Source of the DNA: an uncultured Alphaproteobacteria bacterium
Lineage (GTDB): Bacteria; Pseudomonadota; Alphaproteobacteria; RF32; CAG-239
Assembly (NCBI GenBank): GCA_944391395.1
Contig: CALXTI010000006.1
Location: forward strand, 2,503 to 66,502
Length of the DNA: 64,000 nucleotides
Reading direction: 5' to 3'
Positions 47,433 through 57,028 of this stretch are shown piece after piece. The first letter of the stretch is position 1, and each line of letters begins with the position of its first letter. The position numbers and the translations under genes were made by a program. The notes beneath the pieces were generated by a model. That model was not told the DNA's origin. It did not search any database and worked only from the letters and a program-made list of their open reading frames with translations.

Positions 47433-48380
47433 ATGTCGAACAGGACGTTGCCATTGAATACAAAAAATAATCAATATAAAAAACATCTGGCATGGTTTTT
47501 GGACATGATGGCCGCCGAAAAAGGCGCCGCCGACAACACCCTGGCCGCTTATCGGCATGATATTAATCAATTTTTTGCGTTTACGGGCATTGAATCGCCC
47601 GAGCAAATTTCCGTCAAGGATATATCTTTTTACATCAACAAATTAGGCGAAAAAGCATTTGCACCAAAAACTCAGGCGCGAAAACTTTCGGCATTGCGTG
47701 AATTTTGCCGCTTTTTATTTTCCGAAAAAATTTTAAAAGACAATCCGACTGCCAACATTCTTACGCCGAAACAAGAAAAACCCCTGCCCAAATTTCTCAC
47801 ACCGCAACAAATACGGCAGTTGGTCGAGCGGGCACAAAATCATAAAAGCCTTTCCGGAAAACGAATCGGCGTGATGATTCAGCTAATGTTTGCCACCGGC
47901 TTGCGTGTTTCCGAACTGGTTGCCTTGCCGGAAAACGCCATTAATTATAATAAACATCAATTAAGCGTGTACGGAAAAGGCAGCAAAGAGCGGCTTATTC
48001 CGATTTCGCAATCCGCAATAGAGGCGATTTTGGATTATACAAACAAAACACGTGATAATTTTATCGCCAAGGGTAAAAAATCGCCATGGTTGTTTCCGTC
48101 AAAAACCGCAACCGACGGCCATATTACCCGTGACGCTTTTTTCAAGGAATTAAAGAAACTTGCCGCGGAATGCGGTTTTGACACGCGTCTGATATCGCCA
48201 CACACGCTGCGCCATTCGTTTGCCACCAATCTTATCAATCATCAGGCGGACTTGCGTTCGGTACAAAAAATGCTCGGACACGAAAGCGTGGCCACAACCG
48301 AAATTTATACACACATTACCTCACAAAGGTTGATGGACACCGTCAAACAAAAACATCCTCTGCAACGGTTGAAAATTTAA
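47433..48380 (+). CDS. xerD: Tyrosine recombinase XerD (XerC/D family)
   Basis: The catalytic R..HTLRHSFATNLINHQADLRSVQKMLGHESVATTEIYTH motif ends with the tyrosine. Confidence 0.8.
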   Translation: MSNRTLPLNTKNNQYKKHLAWFLDMMAAEKGAADNTLAAYRHDINQFFAFTGIESPEQISVKDISFYINKLGEKAFAPKTQARKLSALREFCRFLFSEKILKDNPTANILTPKQEKPLPKFLTPQQIRQLVERAQNHKSLSGKRIGVMIQLMFATGLRVSELVALPENAINYNKHQLSVYGKGSKERLIPISQSAIEAILDYTNKTRDNFIAKGKKSPWLFPSKTATDGHITRDAFFKELKKLAAECGFDTRLISPHTLRHSFATNLINHQADLRSVQKMLGHESVATTEIYTHITSQRLMDTVKQKHPLQRLKI

Positions 48381-48415
48381 TTTGCACTTTTGATATTTTT
48401 GATTACATTTAAGTT

Positions 48416-48937
48416 ATGAAAAAACAAAAAAGTATTATCAGCAAAGAACATCTATGCCACGGTTTGGAAGCTCTTTCCGCCGGCATGGCGCCTTTTGTTA
48501 AGAAATTGCTCGGTAATAAAGGCATGGCAGAAATTGACCTGATTGCCAACTGGAAAAACATTGCCGGTGAAGAAACGGCGCAATATTCTTTGCCGCAAAA
48601 AATCGAATTTAAACGCGGCAATGAAAATAACGGCACATTATACCTTTTGGTTGCAAATGGGGCTTATGCTTTGGATATTCAACACAAAACCCCTTTGCTT
48701 TTAGAAAAAATCAACACTTTTTTCGGATATTGCGCCGTAGCAAAAATCAAAATCATTCAGGACAATTCTTTTATACATACTCCGTCCGTTGCCGAATTTG
48801 AAGATAAACAAGAGAAAAAACTTGTAACGCCGGAAGAAGAAACTTATATTCAAGGCATAACGGAAAATGTAAAAAATCCGGATTTGAAAGCCCGACTGAA
48901 AAGTTTGGGCGAAAGCATATTTAAAAATAATAAATAG
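48416..48937 (+). CDS. DUF721/DciA-like protein
   Basis: It is 173 aa and its pattern is compatible with the DUF721 family. I could not confirm this without a search. Confidence 0.4.
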   Translation: MKKQKSIISKEHLCHGLEALSAGMAPFVKKLLGNKGMAEIDLIANWKNIAGEETAQYSLPQKIEFKRGNENNGTLYLLVANGAYALDIQHKTPLLLEKINTFFGYCAVAKIKIIQDNSFIHTPSVAEFEDKQEKKLVTPEEETYIQGITENVKNPDLKARLKSLGESIFKNNK

Positions 48938-48946
48938 GAGGTCTTC

Positions 48947-49678
48947 GTGGAAAAATTTATCCGCCGTCTAAGCGCTGTTATCACCAGTGTGCTAATCTAC
49001 GTCATTTGCGCATATGGTTATTTATCACTCAAAGGTTTTGTTTTTCACGACGGAACCTTTACTTTGGTTCAACCGGCACAGGCACAAATATCGGCTGCCG
49101 ATAATTCGCAGGGCATTGCCGTTAAATTAGAAGATAACGTAGCGTTGAATTTTAAACCGGCGGAAATTATCGGCAAATCAGACGCTCCGCTTACGATGTA
49201 TGAGCTTTCTTCTCTGGGATGTACACATTGCGCGCATTTTCATCTAAATATCCTGCCCCGTCTTAAAAAAGATTTTATTGACAACGGCAAATTGAAAGTC
49301 GCTTTTATTAATTTTCCTTTAGACCGCAAATCCATGCAAGGTGCCATGCTTTCAGAATGCGTGCCTTTGCAAAACCGGCAAAATTTCTTAAAAATGGTGT
49401 TTGAAAATCAACGTGAATGGATGCTTTCCTTCAACACGGAAAAAATTTTGAAAAGCTACGCTTTGGCCAACGGATTGAATAAAACAGACGCCGCTAAATG
49501 TCTTGAAAACGATACTTTGGCTCAACAAATTCTCAACGACAGACAAGAAGCCATCGACAAACTCAAAATGCAAGGAACGCCGGCTTTTTTGATTGCACAT
49601 AACGGGTTGTATGAAATTATTTACGGCGTGCCGAATTATGAAGAATTGAAAAATTATCTGACCGGTTTGTTATCATAA
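48947..49678 (+). CDS. DsbA-like periplasmic thiol:disulfide oxidoreductase
   Basis: It has a signal or TM segment and a thioredoxin-fold CxxC site (SLGCTHCAHF). Confidence 0.7.
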   Translation: MEKFIRRLSAVITSVLIYVICAYGYLSLKGFVFHDGTFTLVQPAQAQISAADNSQGIAVKLEDNVALNFKPAEIIGKSDAPLTMYELSSLGCTHCAHFHLNILPRLKKDFIDNGKLKVAFINFPLDRKSMQGAMLSECVPLQNRQNFLKMVFENQREWMLSFNTEKILKSYALANGLNKTDAAKCLENDTLAQQILNDRQEAIDKLKMQGTPAFLIAHNGLYEIIYGVPNYEELKNYLTGLLS

Positions 49679-49682
49679 AATC

Positions 49683-49997
49683 GTGGAGCGCAAATTGAAA
49701 GAACCGGAAGATATTAAAAATATTAATCTGCGTATTCGCGATTTTAAGACGAAGCACATTGATATTTCCAAAGTTTCGGAATCGCAAAAAAACACTTATT
49801 CACAAACGGCAGTAGGCTTTCAGATAAGTGTGGAGCTGCTTTCCGGCGTGCTTATCGGCGCCGGAATCGGTTATTTGTTGGATAATTTGTTTTCCACACG
49901 GCCGTGGCTGGTTGCTATTTTTACAATTTTGGGCGGTGCCGCAGGTGTTTTAAACATTTATAAAACATTTCGGGTGGAAAATAAGCCCAAGGAGTAA
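49683..49997 (+). CDS. atpI: ATP synthase protein I (AtpI-like). The start codon is GTG.
   Basis: It is a small two-TM protein immediately upstream of atpB. Confidence 0.5.
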   Translation: MERKLKEPEDIKNINLRIRDFKTKHIDISKVSESQKNTYSQTAVGFQISVELLSGVLIGAGIGYLLDNLFSTRPWLVAIFTILGGAAGVLNIYKTFRVENKPKE

Positions 49998-50003
49998 TTA
50001 AAA

Positions 50004-50726
50004 ATGGCAAGTCCTTTGGAACAATTTAACGTTAAACCGCTTATTCCGCTCAACATCGGCGGATATGACGTTTCGTTTACAAATTCTTCCCTGTTTATGG
50101 TTTTGGCCGTTGCCGCCGTTGTGATTATTTTGGGTTTTTGCCTAAGGAAACGGACAATCGTGCCGGGAATGGCGCAACTTGTGCCGGAAACGGTGTATAA
50201 TTTTATCCGAAATCTTTTGTTAAACTGTGCCGGGAAAGATGGTTTGAAATATTTTTCATTTATTTTCAGCATATTTTTGTTTATCGCTTTCGGTAATCTG
50301 TTGGGCTTGTTTCCTTACAGTTTTACTTTCACTTCACATTTGGCGACGGTCGGAACTCTGGCGGTGTTTGCGTTGTTATTTAATATCGTTGTCGGTTTTT
50401 ATACCAAAAAATGGGGATATTTGCGAACCTTTTTGCCTAAAGGGATTCCGTGGCCGTTGGCGCCGCTGGTGGTGCCGATTGAGGCTATATCGCTTTTATC
50501 CAAACCGTTCAGCCTGACCGTTCGTTTGGTTGCCAACATGACGGTCGGACACATTATGTTAAAGATTTTGGCCGGATTTGTCGTTACATTAGGCTTGGCC
50601 GGCGCCGTGCCGCTATTATTTGATGCATGTATTATTATTTTTGAAATATTTATTGCAGTCTTACAGGCGTTTATTTTTACCGTGTTAAGCTGTATTTATT
50701 TGAGTGATGCCATTCACTATCATTAA
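50004..50726 (+). CDS. atpB: F0F1 ATP synthase subunit a
   Basis: It is polytopic, and the conserved arginine region is LSKPFSLTVRLVANMTVGH. Confidence 0.9.
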   Translation: MASPLEQFNVKPLIPLNIGGYDVSFTNSSLFMVLAVAAVVIILGFCLRKRTIVPGMAQLVPETVYNFIRNLLLNCAGKDGLKYFSFIFSIFLFIAFGNLLGLFPYSFTFTSHLATVGTLAVFALLFNIVVGFYTKKWGYLRTFLPKGIPWPLAPLVVPIEAISLLSKPFSLTVRLVANMTVGHIMLKILAGFVVTLGLAGAVPLLFDACIIIFEIFIAVLQAFIFTVLSCIYLSDAIHYH

Positions 50727-50747
50727 CTTTAAGGAAAGGAAAATTTT

Positions 50748-50969
50748 ATGGAACCGTTAGCTTATGTTTCTGCTGCTTTGTGCGCTTTATCCATGATGGC
50801 CTCCGCCTGGGGGGTCGCAAAACTCTGGATGACAATTATTGAAACCGTCGGACGTAATCCGCAGGTAAAGAAAGATGTTGATATTTACGGTTGGGCCGGA
50901 TTTGCCGCTATTGAGGCCATTGCATTGTACGCCCTGGTTATTGCCCTTGTTATCTTAACGGGTAATTAG
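50748..50969 (+). CDS. atpE: F0F1 ATP synthase subunit c
   Basis: It is a 73-aa proteolipid of subunit c size and hydrophobic profile. Confidence 0.9.
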   Translation: MEPLAYVSAALCALSMMASAWGVAKLWMTIIETVGRNPQVKKDVDIYGWAGFAAIEAIALYALVIALVILTGN

Positions 50970-50970
50970 T

Positions 50971-51435
50971 ATGCCTCAACTTGATCCCTCAACATATTTA
51001 TCACAAATTTTCTGGCTGTTGTTAACTTTTCTCAGCCTGTGGTTTTTTATGTCGTGGTTTATTATTCCGAGGATTGAAGATATTTTGGAACAACGTCGCC
51101 GTAAAATTGACGGATATATTCAAAAAGCCGAAAAAATCAACAAACAGGCGCTTCAATCCTTGGAAAAGTACGAAAAGGCTTTGAAAAAAGCTAAAAACAA
51201 GGCTGATGAACGAATCGAGCAAAACAAAAACGATTTGGCAAAAATCATTTCTGAAAAACATACGGAAATTGAGGATATCCTTAACCGCAAAATCGCCGAT
51301 AACGAATACACGCTGACCAAACAACGTCAGGAAACGCTGGCTACCGTCGAGCTTGTTTCGGAGCAGTTGGCAAACAGTATTTTACTTAAATTCGGCATTC
51401 AAAAAAATGCGGAATCTCCTTCTGATAAGGAATAA
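50971..51435 (+). CDS. atpF2: F0F1 ATP synthase subunit b'
   Basis: It has an N-terminal TM helix and a long charged helix. It is the first of two b-type genes, which is the alphaproteobacterial arrangement. Confidence 0.75.
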   Translation: MPQLDPSTYLSQIFWLLLTFLSLWFFMSWFIIPRIEDILEQRRRKIDGYIQKAEKINKQALQSLEKYEKALKKAKNKADERIEQNKNDLAKIISEKHTEIEDILNRKIADNEYTLTKQRQETLATVELVSEQLANSILLKFGIQKNAESPSDKE

Positions 51436-51438
51436 GTT

Positions 51439-52074
51439 ATGATAAATCAGACGGCAAATTATCCGATTTTAATCTCTGAAAACAATGTTTCGGCAAATGT
51501 GCCGGCAGAAGTTGAGGCAATGGTTGTTCAGACCGAAGACTTGTCGGTTGTTTCTCCGCACGGTGAAGAAATTTTTTACAAGAGTGCTGAATTCTGGGTT
51601 GGTTTTGCTTTTATTTTGGTCGTGGTCTTTCTTTTCAAGCCTCTGAAGAAAGCTATCAAATCTATGCTTTTGAAACGCCGCGGTGAAATTATCGACCAAA
51701 TTTCACAAGCAGAACAATTACGCGATGACGCCCAAAAACTTTTAGCTCAATATGAAAAAAAGTTTTTACACGCCAAAGATGAAGCTGATGAAATTTTAAA
51801 ACGTTCGGAAAAAGAAATTGAAACGCTGAAAAACGAAGAATTGCAAAAGTTAGAACAAGATCTGGAAATCCGTCGCAAAGAAGTTGAAAACAGCATCAAT
51901 CTTTCGATTGAAAAAGTTAAAAACGAAATTAATCAAAAAATTGCCGAACTGACCATGCAAAAGGTCAAAAATCATATTTCTTCCGATTTAAGCGAAAAAG
52001 ATCATGAAGTTATAATTGATAAATCTTTGGATGAGCTTAATCATAAAATTTTGAAAATCATTTCGACTAAATAA
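51439..52074 (+). CDS. atpF: F0F1 ATP synthase subunit b
   Basis: It has a TM helix and a charged coiled-coil stalk. It is the second b-type gene. Confidence 0.75.
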   Translation: MINQTANYPILISENNVSANVPAEVEAMVVQTEDLSVVSPHGEEIFYKSAEFWVGFAFILVVVFLFKPLKKAIKSMLLKRRGEIIDQISQAEQLRDDAQKLLAQYEKKFLHAKDEADEILKRSEKEIETLKNEELQKLEQDLEIRRKEVENSINLSIEKVKNEINQKIAELTMQKVKNHISSDLSEKDHEVIIDKSLDELNHKILKIISTK

Positions 52075-52164
52075 AATAATAAATTCGAATTTTATAGTTT
52101 GGAATGACACCAATGTGGGCATCCGCCCGCCGATTGTGATTTATCCCCAAAAGACTCTTTAAAA

Positions 52165-52191
52165 TTGCAAAAAAAAAAAACGGTTTAGAAT
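52165..52191 (+). promoter_or_regulatory. Candidate sigma70-type promoter for the pilin-like gene, with an A12 homopolymer in the spacer
   Basis: The -35-like element is ttgcaa at 52165-52170 and the -10-like element is tagaat at 52186-52191. The spacer is 15 nt and consists mostly of the A12 run at 52169-52180. Confidence 0.3.
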
Positions 52192-52234
52192 ATCGGGAAA
52201 ATAGATATTTTTTTGCTTTTTTTAGGAGAAAATT

Positions 52235-52855
52235 ATGCGGGAAAATGGTAGAAGTATGATAGAGATGCTCGGGGTACTCGCTATCGTTGGGGTGTTGAGC
52301 GTTGGGGCGATGTCGGGTTACGCAAAAGCCATGCTTAAGTATAAGCTCAACAAGCAGACTGAGCAAATCGGCAGCATCCTGGATTATGCTTCGCTATATT
52401 CCGAAGAATTGCGGGAATCCCGTGTATGGTATGCCGCCGAGCTGATGAACAAACTTGGCGCCATTCCGCCAGAAATGATTGATGAAAATGACAGAGAATA
52501 TATTTATGACGTCTTCGGCAACAAAATTCTCCTCACATTCACAGGCAGTAGCGGCGAACATTATAAAGGTATGAAAATAAACATCGGCGATAGCACTCGG
52601 GATATTTGCATCAACTTATTTCAAATGGCAAAACTCCGTAGCGGTTTAATATGGCAGACCCTGTTTACGCGCTCAACCGAAGATGTTTCAGGCGAATTTG
52701 CCAACCGGGTTTTTGGCGATGCTTATTGCCCAAGAGTTAGAACCTGTCTTAAAGATTTAACCATGGACAAGATGGACGAGCTTTGCAGCGCCTGCACCGG
52801 TACAAACGAGTGTAGTTTCTCTATCTTATGGGATTATCAGGGAAGTAAAAATTAA
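52235..52855 (+). CDS. Type IV pilin or pseudopilin-like protein (206 aa)
   Basis: It has a class III prepilin N-terminus: a short leader MRENG, then RSMIEMLGVLAIVGVLSV with Glu at +5. There are several C-terminal cysteines (CPRVRTC, CSACTGTNEC). The RBS is AGGAG. Confidence 0.6.
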   Translation: MRENGRSMIEMLGVLAIVGVLSVGAMSGYAKAMLKYKLNKQTEQIGSILDYASLYSEELRESRVWYAAELMNKLGAIPPEMIDENDREYIYDVFGNKILLTFTGSSGEHYKGMKINIGDSTRDICINLFQMAKLRSGLIWQTLFTRSTEDVSGEFANRVFGDAYCPRVRTCLKDLTMDKMDELCSACTGTNECSFSILWDYQGSKN

Positions 52856-52880
52856 TACAAACCCACAAAACAATAAGACA

Positions 52881-52910
52881 CTACAAAAATCTCCCGTAAA
52901 AACGGGAGAT
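52881..52910. terminator. Hairpin terminator between the pilin-like gene (+) and ftsH (-)
   Basis: The hairpin is atctcccgt-aaaa-acgggagat. On the minus strand it is followed by a T-run. Confidence 0.5.
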
Positions 52911-52936
52911 TAAACATAAAGAAAATAATTTTTCAT

Positions 52937-54802
52937 TTACACTTCCGGCACTGATGCTTTGGTGCGTTTTTCCTCGCTGACCGGCGTTTCATTATCGCGA
53001 TTGATTTTTTCGCCCGCTAACACGGCTTTGATTTCATCACCGGTTAAGGTTTCATATTCAATCAAAGCTTCGGCCAAAGTTTCCCAATCTTTGCGCTTTT
53101 CTTTCAAAATCTGGGTGGCGTTGTGGTAGCCGTCAAGCACCAAACGTTTGATTTCGGCATCCACCAGACGCGCCGTTTCATCGCTCATGTTTTTGTTTTG
53201 CGTCACGGAACGACCCAAAAACACTTCACCGGAATTTTCCGAATATAAAACCGGCCCCAACGTGTCGCTCATGCCCCATTCGGTTACCATGGAACGCGCC
53301 AAGTTGGTGGCGGCGTTGATGTCCGCCGAAGCGCCTGAGGTAACTTGGTCATAACCGAATTTTAATTCTTCGGCCACTCGGCCGCCCATCAAAATGGTCA
53401 GTCTCGAAAGCATTTTGGCACGGGTGTAAGAATATTGATCTTTTTCCGGCAACTGCTGTACCATGCCTAAAGCCCGACCTCTCGGAATAATCGTCGCTTT
53501 ATGTATCGGGTCGGTTTCCTTAACATTGAGCGAACAAATGGCATGACCGGCTTCGTGATATGCCGTCAGCATTTTTTCTTTTTCATCCATGGCCATGGAT
53601 TTGCGTTCGTTGCCCATCAACACTTTGTCTTTAGCCTCATCGAAATCCTGCGCGGTTACTTTACGCTTGTTCTTGCGCGCCGCCAACAAAGCCGCCTCAT
53701 TAACCAAATTGGCCAAATCAGCGCCGGAAAAGCCCGGCGTGCCGCGAGCCACTACCGCCAGATTAACATCTTTGGCCAACGGAACTTTACGAACATGAAC
53801 TTTCAAAATTTCTTCACGACCTTTAATGTCCGGATTGCTGACCGTTACCTGCCGGTCAAAACGCCCCGGCCGTAAAAGCGCCGGGTCCAGAACATCGGGT
53901 CGGTTGGTGGCGGCAATCAAGATTACATTTTCATTTTCATCAAAGCCGTCCATTTCCACCAACAGTTGGTTTAAGGTTTGTTCCCGTTCGTCGTTGCCGC
54001 CGCCCAAACCGGCGCCGCGATGCCGCCCGACGGCGTCAATCTCGTCAATAAACAACAGGCAAGGCGCATTTTTCTTGGCTTGGGCAAACATGTCGCGTAC
54101 GCGCGACGCCCCGACGCCGACAAACATTTCCACAAAATCCGAACCGGAAATGGAAAAAAACGGCACATCAGCCTCACCGGCAACGGCTTTTGCCAACAAG
54201 GTTTTACCGGTGCCCGGAGGGCCTACCAACAAAACACCTTTCGGGATTCTGCCGCCCAAACGCGAAAATTTTTGCGGATCTTTTAAGAAATCAACAACTT
54301 CTTCCAACTCTTGTTTGGATTCATCAGCGCCGGCGACATCGGCAAAAGTAACTTTTTTGTTGTTTTCCACCAATCGGGCGCGCGATTTGCCAAAGCTCAA
54401 AGCCTTGTTGTTGCCGGAGTTGGCCTGACGCATAAAGAAAATCCAGACGCCGACCAAAAGCAGCATCGGAAACCACGAAATAACAATGCCCCAAAACGTG
54501 CTGCCGGAAGTATCAATCGGCTTTGCCGTTACTCTCACGCCGTTTTGACGCAATGTTTCAATCATGGTCGGGTCGTTGGGCGCATAAGTATAAAACTCCC
54601 GTCCGTCAACTGTCGTCCCATAGACATCGGGGCCGGAAACCGTAACTTCAACAATCTTTTTGTTTTCGGCTTCGTTCATAAAATCCGAAAACGCCAAGGT
54701 GTCCGTATTGGCATTTTGACGTTTCGTGCCAACCGCACTTAAAAAAGAAGTCAGGACAAAAAAGATTAAAACCCAAACAAGAAAATTTCTACCAAATTTC
54801 AT
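52937..54802 (-). CDS. ftsH: ATP-dependent zinc metalloprotease FtsH
   Basis: The AAA Walker A is GPPGTGKT, the second region of homology is present, and the zinc site is HEAGH. Confidence 0.95.
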   Translation of the reverse strand: MKFGRNFLVWVLIFFVLTSFLSAVGTKRQNANTDTLAFSDFMNEAENKKIVEVTVSGPDVYGTTVDGREFYTYAPNDPTMIETLRQNGVRVTAKPIDTSGSTFWGIVISWFPMLLLVGVWIFFMRQANSGNNKALSFGKSRARLVENNKKVTFADVAGADESKQELEEVVDFLKDPQKFSRLGGRIPKGVLLVGPPGTGKTLLAKAVAGEADVPFFSISGSDFVEMFVGVGASRVRDMFAQAKKNAPCLLFIDEIDAVGRHRGAGLGGGNDEREQTLNQLLVEMDGFDENENVILIAATNRPDVLDPALLRPGRFDRQVTVSNPDIKGREEILKVHVRKVPLAKDVNLAVVARGTPGFSGADLANLVNEAALLAARKNKRKVTAQDFDEAKDKVLMGNERKSMAMDEKEKMLTAYHEAGHAICSLNVKETDPIHKATIIPRGRALGMVQQLPEKDQYSYTRAKMLSRLTILMGGRVAEELKFGYDQVTSGASADINAATNLARSMVTEWGMSDTLGPVLYSENSGEVFLGRSVTQNKNMSDETARLVDAEIKRLVLDGYHNATQILKEKRKDWETLAEALIEYETLTGDEIKAVLAGEKINRDNETPVSEEKRTKASVPEV

Positions 54803-54897
54803 TAAACAAATCCTTTAAGTTTATTTTCTTTTTCCATATATAAGGTGTTTTGTAAGAAAACTCAAGAGCGTTTGTCGGTTTGCACACTTTAGCGGAT

Positions 54898-55815
54898 TTA
54901 AGCATTACGCAGCTTGAAAACGCCGTTTTCATAACCTTGAATTGTTTTGTCGGTATCCGCCCTTTCCAGCCGGCATTCGGCATACGCCACATATTCTTTT
55001 TCGCGCTCAATCCCCAGATAATGGCGACCAAGCTTTTTGGCCGCGACGGCAGTGGTACCCGACCCCAAAAACGGGTCAAAAACCAAATCTCCGGGATTGC
55101 TGGAAGCCAATATCAGTTTGGCAATAAGTTTTTCCGGCTTTTGCGTCGGGTGCGGCGTGTTTTCAGGCATCGACCAAAAAGGAATCGAGATGTCCGTCCA
55201 AATGTTGGAAGGATGCGTTAAACGAATTTTCTCACCTTCTTTGGTCTCCCAGTCTTTAGGCAGGCCTTTGGCATCACGGTACGGCGCAATCACTTTTCGC
55301 ATAATCTTTACAGCATCCAGATTAAAAGTGTAAACCTCCGATTTGGTAAAAAACCATATGTCTTCAAGGCAATTTTTCCAATTGTTTAAGGCGCCGCGCC
55401 CTTTTTCCCGCTCCCAGGAAATCCGGTTTTGCAAAATAAAATATTTTCCGGCTATTTCGGGAATCGCCAAAGATGTTTTCCAATCCGCGCATATATAAAC
55501 ACTGGCATTGTCTTTTAACAGGCGCACGGTTTTTTTGAGCCAGGAATCAAGCCATTTTTGATATTGCTTAAAATCCATGGCCTTAAATTGCTTGCCAGCA
55601 AACACTTTGGTTAAGTTGTAAGGAGGGTCGACAATCATTAAATCCACACAGCCGTCGGGAAGATAATTTAATGCCCGCAAAGCATCTTGCCAGATTATCT
55701 TGTCCCTGATTTCTTCCGGAGCCGCTTTGGCCGAAAGTTTGACCGCGCGGGCGGCAAAATGATTTTGTTGCCGCAGATTGAGTTCTAAAGTTTGATTGCG
55801 GGGAGCTTTGGCCAC
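54898..55815 (-). CDS. Beta-class N6-adenine (or N4-cytosine) DNA methyltransferase, CcrM-like, with no adjacent restriction enzyme gene
   Basis: Motif IV (DPPYNL) is near the N-terminus and motif I (FDPFLGSGTTAVAA) is C-terminal to it. This is the beta-class order seen in CcrM and M.HinfI. Confidence 0.75.
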   Translation of the reverse strand: MAKAPRNQTLELNLRQQNHFAARAVKLSAKAAPEEIRDKIIWQDALRALNYLPDGCVDLMIVDPPYNLTKVFAGKQFKAMDFKQYQKWLDSWLKKTVRLLKDNASVYICADWKTSLAIPEIAGKYFILQNRISWEREKGRGALNNWKNCLEDIWFFTKSEVYTFNLDAVKIMRKVIAPYRDAKGLPKDWETKEGEKIRLTHPSNIWTDISIPFWSMPENTPHPTQKPEKLIAKLILASSNPGDLVFDPFLGSGTTAVAAKKLGRHYLGIEREKEYVAYAECRLERADTDKTIQGYENGVFKLRNA

Positions 55816-55820
55816 AGCGG

Positions 55821-56135
55821 CTAATCCTCACCGAATTTGCAATTTACCAGATTGGAAATCGCTTTTAAGGCGTCTTCAGCCTGCGGACCGCTGATGTTGA
55901 CGTGAATAGTGGTGCCTTTGGAGGCCGCCAGCATCATCAGCCCCATAATGGAACAACCGCTGACCGTCTGGCCGATGCGTTCAACTCGAACATCGGCATT
56001 AAATTGTTCGGCACATTTGACGAATGCCGCCGCCGCACGGGCGTGCAGACCTTTCTGATTTTGAATTTTTAAATCAGCCGAAAAAATTTTATCGGCATTT
56101 TTTGTTGTTAGTGATGATGATTTTTCTTTGTTCAT
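55821..56135 (-). CDS. ptsH: HPr-family phosphocarrier protein (NPr/HPr)
   Basis: The active-site region is GLHARAAAAF. Confidence 0.75.
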   Translation of the reverse strand: MNKEKSSSLTTKNADKIFSADLKIQNQKGLHARAAAAFVKCAEQFNADVRVERIGQTVSGCSIMGLMMLAASKGTTIHVNISGPQAEDALKAISNLVNCKFGED

Positions 56136-56137
56136 TT

Positions 56138-56536
56138 TTATTGCCCTAATAACTGCGACGCAATGTTGATGTACTTTTTACCGGCCTCCTGGGCGCCTAA
56201 AACGCTTTCTTTTAACGAACGGTCTTTTCTTAAAGTCGCAAGCTTGATTAACATCGGCAAGTTGGCGCCGGCGAGTATTTCGACGTTTGCTTTATCCATA
56301 ATTGAAATTGCCAGATTGGAAGGCGTGCCGCCAAACATATCGGTTAAAACCACAACACCTTTGCCGGTATCCACCTGTTGAACCTTATCCAAGATTTCGG
56401 TACGGCGCTTTTCCATATCATCCTCGGGACCGATGCATACAGCCGCAACTTGCTGCTGCGGGCCGACAACATGCTGCATCGCCGATAAAAATTCTTCGGC
56501 CAGACGACCGTGCGTTACCAATACCAAACCAATCAT
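56138..56536 (-). CDS. PTS EIIA component, mannose/fructose family
   Basis: The N-terminus MIGLVLVTHGRLAEEFL contains the active-site His region. Confidence 0.75.
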   Translation of the reverse strand: MIGLVLVTHGRLAEEFLSAMQHVVGPQQQVAAVCIGPEDDMEKRRTEILDKVQQVDTGKGVVVLTDMFGGTPSNLAISIMDKANVEILAGANLPMLIKLATLRKDRSLKESVLGAQEAGKKYINIASQLLGQ

Positions 56537-56952
56537 GCTTTTTGACCGCCCGTCCAGGATTTTACGGCGCCGAAAGAACGAATGACGTCTTCTCGGCTTT
56601 TGGCTTTAACCAATTCATCGGCGCGGGTTTGGCGCCCGTTGAACACAATTTCTTCAACATTGTCAACCGGAACACCGTAAACGCGTTCGACAACATCGCC
56701 GCTTAACTCGACAATCATCACAAATTCGGATTCCGCCAAAACATTTTTGGTTTCCGGATCAATATTGTCCAAACGGACGGCCAACCAGTCATCCCGTTTC
56801 AAAAGTGCGGTTTTTTTACCGTCAAACTCCAAAACCGGTTGGGACGGCGTGCCAGCTCTGGCGTCAATAAAGATGGCCAGTTCGCCGTATTTGTTTTCAA
56901 TGATTTCATAAAAATCTTGTTTTTCAATGAGGGTATAATATTGAGTTTCCAT
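56533..56952 (-). CDS. Hypothetical 139-aa protein. It occupies the position where alphaproteobacteria usually carry hprK, but it has no P-loop.
   Basis: The ORF is translationally coupled to the EIIA gene. It lacks the GxSGxGKS motif. Confidence 0.4.
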   Translation of the reverse strand: METQYYTLIEKQDFYEIIENKYGELAIFIDARAGTPSQPVLEFDGKKTALLKRDDWLAVRLDNIDPETKNVLAESEFVMIVELSGDVVERVYGVPVDNVEEIVFNGRQTRADELVKAKSREDVIRSFGAVKSWTGGQKA

Positions 56953-57028
56953 CGATAACCTCTGCTATATTGTTAATTTTTGATTATGATAATACATCTG
57001 TTTCAAACTGTCAATTTACACTTGCAAA

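Noticed and set aside
47330-47470. A 46-aa ORF (MRQKNYKWVYYLVIIAVLGGVFYIAAK...) upstream of xerD encoding a possible single-TM peptide
   Set aside because: It is below the 60-aa cutoff. It overlaps the xerD start by 38 nt and has no clear RBS. I cannot distinguish a real small membrane protein from the xerD 5' region, so I have not called it.
56533-56952. An ORF in the position where HprK would be expected
   Set aside because: It has no Walker A motif and no HprK C-terminal signature. I have kept it as hypothetical rather than naming it HprK.
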